From contig NIVC01001651.1 of NCBI GenBank assembly GCA_002269645.1, positions 62,001-126,000 of the forward strand: 64,000 bases of DNA, read 5' to 3'. Numbering within the stretch: position 1 is the stretch's first letter; each line of letters starts with the position of its first letter. Source of the stretch: Macrostomum lignano (Eukaryota). Position numbers and translations under genes: made by a program. Shown here piece by piece: positions 1 through 64,000 of the stretch. Below the pieces are notes generated by a model. The model was not told the DNA's origin. It saw only the letters and a program-made list of their open reading frames with translations, and made no database searches.

Positions 1-37046
<37,046 letters not shown>

Positions 37047-38380
37047 ACAGACTTGAACTGGACATCAATCTGATCTTCTGATCATTAGTAACTCTTTTTA
37101 TAAACAGCAACGCAGCCTTTTAGAGCACTTTCATTAAGCATGGCAAAGCTGTTGCTGAAGAACTTCTCCAGTTGCCATCACGGTAACTGCCCCGCTCGCA
37201 CGACTTAATTCGAGACCCCCTTGCCTTCTTATCTAGTTTTTTCGAGGCTTGCTGCCATACTGCTCGACTACATTTGCTACTGCTCATCGATAGACCATCG
37301 GTTCGCCTTAGCGCTAATATGGCTTTGGTGGCAATCACTGACCGCTTCACCTGGCTGTAGTCCGCCGCACTCTTCCCTCGCGTCAGCCGTACGGCTCTCT
37401 CTTTATTTTTAAGCCCATTTTCGCCGCCTAGTAAAAAAAATCGGCACGCAAACATAGCCGTCGATTTTTTTAAACAAAATCGCTTTAAACCAATTTCGCT
37501 GTATCGCTTTTTTGAGACTTTATTGAACTTTCTGAATTGTAGTTTTCGACAAAGTCCTGCGGCCATTTCTCCTGATTCTCCCCTAGTCATTCTAGCGATT
37601 CGAAAATTATTTAACCAGTAATTTTGCCTGCTCGCACAGTCTTCATTCGCTCCCTCACAGCTTTGCTAATGCAACGCCGCCATTCGCAAATTATGCTTAA
37701 AATATTTATATCGTATTAGTTCTGCTCGAAATTTTCTATAAACTCTGATCTACTGAGCATGCTTCCGCAGTATTTTATAACCTGGCCCTAAATTATATAT
37801 GAGCTATGAGCTAATATAGTCATACTACAAAGATTCTTAATCCGTTCGTCTGTACGAGTTCCACTTGTTTGAATATTTGTGCAGCATTTAGGTTTGCTGA
37901 ATAATTTGTACTGAAAAGCCTGTCGAAAAAAAACAGCTAAAGAGTGGGTCTTCGACTTCGGGTAAATATTTTGAATGAATCACAGAGCGTGTTAAACTCG
38001 GTTGTTTGTCAAATACTGTATATAATGGCCTAATTTCGTTTAACTATGCATTAAGAAGATAGACACTAATCATTTAAAGCATTTCTACCCTACCAATATG
38101 CATGCGATGCTGGTTGATGTACGAGTAGAGGTTGGTTGAACAAGGTGCAAAATTAAGCATTTAGAGTAAGCTTGGGACGAATTTTTCTAAAGCCGTTACG
38201 ATTGTGTTACGGGATCGTCGTATCAACTGAATATAACAAAATCGTCCAATAAGTGCTTAAAATATAGAATTCCTGTCTCGTAAATGCATTTTCAAGCGAA
38301 ATTCGGCCTTAAATAAATTAGGATGCAAAACTCGTGTAACTCAGAGTAGTCCCTGACTCGTCCTCTCTCTCGGTAAGGCG

Positions 38381-39515
38381 TCATTTGTAGCAGCAATGCT
38401 CCCTGCTACCGGCGCCAGCCACAATGACTGCCAGCAGGGAGGCGATGACGCACAGACTGGCGGCTACGCAACCCGACAGCGCGGCCAGCCACCAAACCTC
38501 ATCCGGGTTGCTCTTCAGCTTCGAAGATTCCGTCAGTGCTGTTGATTCATCGGCATCGTCAGGCGCTGATGTTGTTGTTGCTGAAGTCTGTTCAACTGAC
38601 TTCTGGCGGTGTTGCTGCTGATGAAGCTGATTTGGATGCTGAACAGCCGAGCACAGCGCGCCAGCTTGGTACTGCTGGCAGTCAGCGAATTCAACCGCAT
38701 CTTCTGCGCGATTTTCAGCGAGTACAGTCGAGCTTAGCACCGTCAGACACTCGTTGCGCGACTGCAATGGAGCTTCTTCTGGAAGACTGAGCTCACTGTG
38801 AGCTGAGGAGAAATGGACCATGGAGACTGGACTGGAGAAATTCCTGCATGGATGTTTAACAAGTAGTTACACTCAGAAACGGCATTTCAAAGAGACTTTC
38901 TGTGTGTCGAAAGAAAAGTACAAAGCCTGTAGACTATTCTATTGACTCTCACGAGCTATCTGACGTCCTGACAAACTCTTGTCGATATAAACTGACGCTT
39001 GTTAAAAAATCGGGAATAATAGGAACTAATAAATGATATTTTGACAAAATTCCCAGACTTGCGCCACATCAAATAATCCGGCAACGTTTTCACTTGAAAT
39101 TACGAGCGTAACACGCAAGATAAATGAGCTGAGAGAGTGTGTCTTTCCTCAGGGCCTCAGAACACTAGAGTTCTCCTTACATGGTAGATTGTTGTTTCTG
39201 CCTCTGCAAAAATTTCTGCTTCCATAGGCAGCTGCATCGTCGGCGACTTCGCCTGCCGTCGATCCAGACGCTTCGCTCGACGACTCCCTCCCCAGTTAGA
39301 CGCGCTCTGGCGGCCGCGAGTCCGCCTGGAGAGGCAGCCACCGGCGCCAGGGACATTCCAGCAGCGGAGCAGCGGTCCGCCGCCTCCTGCCAGGTCATGG
39401 CGCCCAGGATGAGCTCAAACTGCCAGGGCCAGCCAGTTTCGGTCACTTTCTCATGATGGCCACGAATGCCGGAAGTGATTAGGAACAGGATAACCACAGA
39501 TGTAGCCGATGACAT
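38381..39515 (-). CDS. Two-exon C-type-lectin-like single-pass membrane protein (~265 aa)
   Basis: Exons 39515-39181 and 38843-38381 join in phase (at|gtaag ... cag|g). Signal peptide MSSATSVVILFLITSGIRG, MTWQEAADRCSAAGMSLA, VWIDG, ECLTV...ADCQQYQAGALC, S/T stalk, TM WWLAALSGCVAASLCVIASLLAVIVAG. Confidence 0.7.
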
Positions 39516-40624
39516 GACGTTTGCACCAACGATCAGTGACGGCTCAGTTCTAAACTCTCGGTTAGGCAATGAGGCAGTTCGCTTTCTTAAAGAGAGATTT
39601 CTTTAGCATTTAACCCGACAGTCTTTCTCCTCGGTAACCACTAAGAAATGTCTGAAAATCTGCATAGAAATTGAGACTGGTTTCTTCGTTAGGCTGTTAG
39701 ATTCAGGCTCTTTAAGTCGAAATCAGGCTCCTAGAGCGTCAACAGAAAAAGGCGTCGAAAGTAGTGGTGAAGAAGAAGAGTCGAAATATGCGCGCGAACG
39801 AAGGCGACAGAGGGACTGGATTGGGTTGGATGGGAATTAGGAAAGATTGAGTTGATTGAGATTGGCCTGCGAATTGCCTCACCCCATCACTGTATTCGGC
39901 TTAGGCAAGCCGGCTGACTAATATTGTGAGATGATGAGGCCCTGCTGGGAGGCTGGCTAAGCCAACTGAGTCCCGTACGCAATCTCTGGGGACTTTTGCG
40001 ACATTGCGAATTGATTTTCGTCCCGCCAGGCAGCCTGTCGGTGACAGGCAGATTCCCTGAGATCGAGTTTTTCTATCATCCCTAGCGCCGGCGTACATGA
40101 CCTGTGGCTCAGCTGTAGAAAGCAGAGGCACCTATTTCTTGTCAACAATTCCTTGGATAAAGAAAACTTGGCTAGCTGAGAAAGACGGCTGCAAGTGTAC
40201 GTTTACCGAACTCAGACGCTTCAGGCTGTATATTTTTTTAATACACATATGCGGCACTCAAATGTGCAACCTCCTGTTGCCTCTATGTTGGATCTGTTTG
40301 CGCAAAATACGGATTCATGTTCAATTGTAGCCTAAATTAGTTTACAAACCGGAATCACGAAAACAATGGTCTAAACAAAAATGTAGAATTAAGTTTGTTT
40401 CATTCAAACAAAAGTTTCTAAGCATCCCGGATGCGGTCGTACCAAGAGCTACTTGCTACTACTACTACTCCCTACTTGCAAGGCAGATCCGTTAGAAGTT
40501 GCTTACTGGTGGGTGGCGAATTTTCAATGTTGCAGAGTATATGCATAAATTTTAGCCGTGTTCCTTTCTACAAACGTATTTTAATTTATGAGTTTCAAAG
40601 TAAAATCCCAGAAGACTGCAGGCT

Positions 40625-40830
40625 TAAAAGTGTTTACGCCTGTTTGTACAGGCGTAGAAGTGTTTGTACAGGCGTAGAACTGTTTGTGCAGGCGTAGAAG
40701 TGTTTGTACAGGCGTAGAAGTGTTTGTACAGGCGTAGAACTGTTTGTACAGGCGTAGAAGTGTTTGTACAGGCGTAGAAGTGTTTGTACAGGCGTAGAAG
40801 TGTTTGTGCAGGCTTAGAAGTGTTTGTGCA
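40625..40830. repeat. 20-nt minisatellite (tgtttgtacaggcgtagaag)
   Basis: Direct. Confidence 0.9.
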
Positions 40831-41202
40831 GAAGACATTGTAACTTGGCTTAGTTATTATCGCGTTGTCAAGCGAATTTTGGCTCAACTTGAACTTGAAG
40901 CTTCTCAGCAACAACTTTTATCAACGAAACTTTTAATACCTGGTCTAAAATTATACATACCCTGTATTAGCAGACTAATAGATAGGTACTAGGCTCATCA
41001 TACTTGATCTCATTTTATATTTGTGCGCAATTCAACAGTTGGAATAGTGGCGAAGCGTGATGGTTTTCCGGCCATTGTTCAAGTCAACTAAAACTCAGTC
41101 ACACTTGCAGAGGTTGCCTACTGTTAGTACTATGTAAGATAAAGCTTACATAGCTTACTGTTCCTCGGTTCGGATAGCTGAATAAAAGCCTACGGGTAAG
41201 TT

Positions 41203-41686
41203 TGTCCGGATGCAACCGCAGAAGGTGTGTCCGGATGCAACCGCAGAAGGTGTGTCCGGATGCAACCGCAGAAGGTATGTCCGGATGCAACCGCAGAAGG
41301 TGTGTCCGGATGCAACCGCAGAAGGTGTGTCCGGATGCAACCGCAGGTGTGTCCGGATGCAACCGCAGAAAGTGTGCCCGGATGCAACCACAGAATTTTT
41401 GTCCAGATGCAACCACAGAAAGTGTGTCCGGATACAGCCACAGAAGGTGTGTCCGGATGCAACCGCAGAAGGTGTGTCCGGATGCAACCGCAGAAGGTAT
41501 GTCCGGATGCAACCACAGAATTTTTTTCCAGATGCAACCACAGAAAGTGTGTCCGGATACAGCCACAGAAGGTGTGTCCGGATGCAACCGCAGAAGGTGT
41601 GTCCGGATGCAACCGCAGAAGGTATGTCCGGATGCAACCACAGAATTTTTTTCCAGATGCAACCACAGGTGTGTCCGGATGCAATA
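41203..41686. repeat. 25-nt minisatellite (gtgtccggatgcaaccgcagaaggt)
   Basis: Direct. Confidence 0.9.
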
Positions 41687-42144
41687 CAGACAAGCCTACA
41701 TGTTAGGCCCAGGCAATGCCTCAGTATCTGAGGTACCAGTGCTACATCAGTGAGACCGAGGTAGCTGATATATTAATCTATGAGCAGGAGCAGCTAATTA
41801 ATGACTGGACTAAGCCAAAGAGAGCCGCATTTTGGTTCTGATATATTACCCTATTCTATCGCTGTCTCTCCCTTCTCTCCGCTTTTGCATTTTACCGGCT
41901 ATTGATCATGCAGAGCGGATGAGAGTAGAGGAGCAGCCGCAGTCCTGTGCTATCTGAATGCGGCATTAGCTATGCAGTGCAAAGCCAAATTAAGTTTTAT
42001 GGCTGCGCGCGTGGCTGTTGGGGTAGCTTAATTAAATATTTTAGGAACCTGTTATAATACGTGCTACATCAAAGGCGGCGTTTTTTACTATATTGCCTTG
42101 AACTCGAACTCTGGAGACAGGGATGTTCAAGTATTCATTGGGCC

Positions 42145-42465
42145 TGCACGCCTGGGAGAAGGGTCTACATTGGTGGAGTGCTGCACGCCTGAGAGAAGGG
42201 TCTACATTGGTGGAGTGCTGCACGCCTGAGAGAAGGGTCTACATTGGTGGAGTGCTGCACGCCTGGGAGAAGTGTGTGCATTGGTGGAGTGCTTCACGCC
42301 TGGGAGAAGTGTCTACATTGGTGGAGTGCTGCACGCCTGGGAGAAGTGTCTACATTGGTGGAGTGCTGCACGCCTGAGAGAAGGGTCTACATTGGTGGAG
42401 TGCTGCACGCCTGAGAGAAGGGTCTACATTGGTGGAGTGCTGCACGCCTGAGAGAAGGGTCTATT
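42145..42465. repeat. 37-nt minisatellite (gggtctacattggtggagtgctgcacgcctgagagaa)
   Basis: Direct. Confidence 0.9.
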
Positions 42466-43444
42466 GGACGATGACGTCAATGATATGCAGCATAAATTTC
42501 AAATTTCCGTCGAAATTAAACGAGAGTTCTTCCTCATCGCATACAGAATTTAGCTAATTAATTCTTAACCAAGTGCTTCGGTCCCTTCGGGAAGGTTCAT
42601 TCTTTATCAAACCGCTTCCCATTAAAAGCGGAAGACAGAAATTGACTTTCGCGAGGGTTATTTTCTTTCAGTCTCTCGAGGCTGCAGCAGCAGCAGCGGA
42701 AAGTAGCAACGAGATCGAAAAAGGAAATTAAAAAACCAGTCAGTCCTGGAGCATCGCTGTTATCAAAAGGTATCCGTTTTTTTGCTAATTTTTCTGGATT
42801 GCATTTTCCCGTTTGCAGCAGCTGGGCAGCTCGCGTGTCGCGTCTCCCAGATTATAATAAAATGGCAGCCACCTCCCTGCTGTTCTGCATCCGGCAGATT
42901 AGAATAGAGAGGCCAGAGACTTGACTGCCGGAGGCTGGACTAAGCTCAGATTTCCCAGGTTCATCCGGTAGGGATCTAGCAGGACTTCTATCCTTCTCAG
43001 GGTTGCCTCTCTTAGGGAGTCACTTCTTAGCCACGAAACGCGCTGGTTCTATTATTTGGCAGCAGAGGTCAGTTAGGCATGAAAAAGGAGATCTTAATGG
43101 AACAATTGCTTCCAGCTTGCCAGTTGAACTGAAAACGGAGCAGGATCCAAATAAAATTGTCAATTTCTTTATATTTTTAACTCAATGGTCAAAAGAACCA
43201 AGATCGGATGATATCAGATGAAAACGGAAAAAGAACAAAATGAACATCCTGAAGTCCCAAAGCCCAAGGAGAGCCCTCAAACACTCTTGTACTTTTACCT
43301 TACATTTCTTCACGGTAAAAGTGCTAACTGAACTAATAGTTTCTTTCTACCTTCCAGCCCTAGAGCTTGCCAACTACCCAATCTCTACTCTCTACCCTTC
43401 CAGTCAATTTGAGGAGCTTCGGGGCAAACCAACCCACCTCCTCA

Positions 43445-43730
43445 AAGCGGCCGTAACCCAGTGGTCCAACGCGGCGCTCTGGTGTGCCAGCGGCCCAGGC
43501 TCGATTCCAAGTGCAGTCACATTAATTTGGAGCTAAATTGGAATTTCGGCTTGGCTCTGCTCGTGCAATTAACACCCTTGATGGCCAACCCCCAAGGCAC
43601 AGTGAAGTGTACATGCCTAACTGTGTGAGTGTGTGCCTGAGCGTATGACTGCGTACGTATCCGAGCGCTTGTGTGCCTGCTCAAGGGAGTCAATGGAATG
43701 GGCAGTAATGCCTCTCGCCGGTTGCGTGAC
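43445..43730 (+). mobile_element. tRNA-derived SINE-like element (copy 1)
   Basis: A-box-like TAACCCAGTGG, B-box-like GGCTCGATTCC, then a body (ggccaacccccaaggcacag..gtgtacatgcct..gtgtgagtgtgtgcctg..ggaatgggc..gcctctcgccgg) shared with other copies. Confidence 0.55.
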
Positions 43731-43835
43731 AATGTCGCTTAAAGTGCGTCAGGGTGCCCACAGACCCACTTGCCCCTAATAAAAAACCAACTCCAGCCTC
43801 CTAGTTACAATAGCAAAGGCAGGACAATAATAAAT

Positions 43836-44683
43836 CTACATAAAGCCAATGGCACCGTCAATTTCTGTCGGCTCCGAAAGAGGTGTCAGCGAACTTTTCC
43901 TCGACTGTGGTGGCTGTTGTTGTTCCTGTTGCTGCTGAAAGTTCCCCAGAGACCAATCAGCGGCCAGCGACACTGTCGGGACTCCGAAGCAGGTGCAGCG
44001 ATTCTTAAACCCACCTCCGACCTGCTGTTGATCTGATTGGTCCTCCTCGTCCGAGCTCGACTCACGGCTGTCGGACTCAACGTAGGTCAGCGGGTTTCGG
44101 TTGACCAGAGCGCCGCAACCGTAGCAGAACTGCTGCTGCCGGCCCCGCTGCTGTCCAGCCTCCTCCTCCTCAGTCCGCTCGGCAGCTTCATCGAATTCCT
44201 GCATTGCCTGTCAAGGAGGGGCAGAGTCAGGCAATCAACAGTAAACTCGTCTCACTCTGTCGCGGTAAAAGTGACCTCTGGCGATTCACATCCGTGACGG
44301 CCAGCCCCCCAAGGCGCAGAAAGTGTGCATGTCTGCCGATTTGAATGTCGAGGCCGCTGTACACCCTCAGCGGAACGGGCAGGACTCACCTGTTGAGTAC
44401 TGAAACTCCGCTCGCCAGGCAGCAGACGAATCCGACAGCTGCTGGTTAAAGTTTCTCCATCCTCAGATTCCATTCGATCCGCATCATCATCGTCCTCAGA
44501 GTCGATGGCGCTGTCCCGCCTGCGGCGCCACAGCCCAAGGCCCAGCAGGAGGCAGAGCACGAAGCAGACGCCGGCTAAAAGGCCGATCAGGGCCGCGTGA
44601 TGTCGACGAGGCGATGGAGACTGCGGCCACAGAAGCTGGTGGAGCAGCCTCGATGAGTTCGTTGATGCTTCTATCATTGGCAT
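43836..44683 (-). CDS. Two-exon single-pass membrane protein with acidic cytoplasmic tail (~221 aa), unknown family
   Basis: Exons 44683-44390 and 44207-43836 (cag|gtgagt ... cag|gca, phase 0). TM AALIGLLAGVCFVLCLLLGLGLW followed by an RRRR stop-transfer and D/E-rich tail. Confidence 0.6.
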
Positions 44684-45121
44684 TGGTGGGATGCTCGGAG
44701 CTGTGAGCAGCAGCTGATGCCAGGAAATTTATGCCCCAATTTGCAAACTGTGTGAGCCAATCAGAGGCAGCAAAAATTGTCCTGGGATAATACTCATGCC
44801 GAGCCTATATGTTTCGATTTGAACGAACTGCATACTCGAGTGAGAGGGCAAACAATCAAGAAAAAATCTTGAAAGACAAGAAGCCGCTTCTGCCGATGCC
44901 ACGCGTCCAATCTAGTTGATTGGCTACCCCGCACTACGGGGCGGATTTCATTTTCCAGGACAACTCAGTCGCTACGATGCAATCAATTTTCGTTTTCGCT
45001 TCTGGGACAGCATCTGATATTTGTCTAATCTTTTTAATTCAATGAAAAGCGACAGGATATTCTGAGATACTTGGACTTTTCTAACTTTATTTTTCTGTCA
45101 TCCATCCATCCATATATCCAT

Positions 45122-45750
<629 letters not shown>

Positions 45751-46209
45751 TATCCACAAAGCTATACAAAATAAGTTTTACTTAATCTGCTAGCCTGCCA
45801 AGCCGAGTTAATCTTGAAAAGGAGGCCATGAAACACGAACTCATCTCACAGCGCATTGATAAGCTGCTCAAGAAACGCTGAGGTGAAGCACAATACAGCC
45901 CACATCCGCTTTTGCGGGGAGGGGCACTTGAGATTCTCAGATACTGCCGACCGTATCAGGTTAGCTCAGTCGTCTACTCAGCAATCCTCAGCTAAAGTTG
46001 TGCTACAAAGTTCTACCAGAGTTTTTACTTGCAAGTTTGTACTTTGTGAATAAAATAGGCTGCTACTGGAGTGATTAAATATGGGGCATAAATAAGGATA
46101 CGTGGAGTATAACAAGCATAATACAACATTACTTTTAACCAGGATCAAACAACACTTGAAAGAGTGTCGAACCGGTTATGGGGATGAAGCTGGAACACGC
46201 AATGGCACT

Positions 46210-46343
46210 GTGGTGTGAGCTGGTGGAGTAGGGTGTGAGCTGGTGGAGTAGGGTGTGAGCTGGTGGAGTAGGGTGTGAGCTGGTGGAGTAGGGTGTGAGC
46301 TGGTGGAGTAGGGTGTGAGCTGGTGGAGTAGGGTGTGAGCTGG
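46210..46343. repeat. 20-nt minisatellite (gagctggtggagtagggtgt)
   Basis: Direct. Confidence 0.9.
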
Positions 46344-46450
46344 GTCACCGAAACCCGTTCGTGAAGCACGCCAATTGCAGGAATAAAGTCTGATCAATAG
46401 TCAATCTACATAAAATTTTAGTCAACCGATAAAAAACCGTTTGAGCAGTT

Positions 46451-63353
<16,903 letters not shown>

Positions 63354-63499
63354 CTGATAGTTTAAAGGGTTTAAATCGCATTTTGGCTTGTAAACCAACT
63401 CAAGCAAAGCACCTATAGACAGTTAACAGAGGCCCAAGGAGCATGGCAGGATAAAATCAAACTGCAGATTCAGTAAAACACGGACCTACAGTGCCATAA

Positions 63500-64000
63500 A
63501 TTTACAGATCTAAACTAACCCACAGACACAATAAACCTACAGCACAACTAAATCAACCTACAGACACCCAAAAAAACTTACAGACACAATAAAACTTTAT
63601 ACACCAAAAAACATACAGACACCCAAATAAACCTACAGACACCCAAATAAACCTACAGACACCCAAATGAACCTACAGGCACCAAAATGAACCTACAGAC
63701 ACCCAAATGAACCCACAGACACCCAAATGAACCTACAGACACCCAAATAAACCTACAGACACAAATAAACCTACAGACACAGATAAACCTACAGACACAA
63801 ATTAACCTGAAGACACAGATAAACCCACAGACACCCAAATGAACATAAAGACACCCAAATAAACCTACAGGCACAAATAAACCTGAAGACACAGATAAAC
63901 CTGAAGACACAGATAAACCTACAGACACAAATAAACCTACAGACACAAATAAACCTGAAGACACAGATAAACCTACAGACACAAAAAAACCTGAAGACAC
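63500..64000. repeat. 18-20-nt minisatellite (aaacctacagacacccaaat)
   Basis: Direct; runs off the window end. Confidence 0.85.

Noticed and set aside
37120-37590. 156-aa minus-strand ORF after the twitchin stop
   Set aside because: No recognisable motif or splice support; probably 3' UTR or intergenic.
39600-43400. Short ORFs between the lectin-like and adaptor-like genes
   Set aside because: No homology cues or coherent exon chain; mostly satellites and AT-rich spacer.

Overview
Eukaryotic, intron-rich animal DNA. GC-rich exons, a different minisatellite in almost every long intron, and the domain order of the muscle gene suggest a lophotrochozoan, possibly a free-living flatworm such as Macrostomum (inference only). 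Positions 1-37046 hold the 3' 41 exons of a twitchin/projectin gene on +, about 4450 codons by my manual splice model, which closes in frame: N-terminal Igs, a 15-exon PEVK-like microexon cluster, 15 Fn3 in the mussel-type Ig/Fn3 order, an intact kinase, and 4 C-terminal Igs. Positions 46451-63353 hold the 3' 16 exons of a large non-classical cadherin on -. Three genes sit antisense inside introns: a TET-family gene and a mucin-like membrane protein gene in twitchin, and a PAN-like/fibrinogen-domain gene in the cadherin. Two small single-pass membrane protein genes lie between the giants, one with a C-type-lectin-like domain. The best candidate for new biology is the TET: its structural Zn ligands are retained, but the Fe/2-OG/5mC pocket is rebuilt (HxD to HxE, distal His to Arg, R-x-S swapped to S-x-R, Asn to Leu), pointing to a pseudo-enzyme or altered-chemistry TET. 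Other leads are an in-frame signal-anchor extension that could make a membrane-tethered twitchin, a stop-punctuated PEVK-like satellite, a Penelope-type minimal hammerhead motif, a tRNA-derived SINE-like family and an enriched TACG-NN-CGTA motif. Five single-base indels interrupt three different genes, most at short homopolymers, which most likely reflects assembly error.
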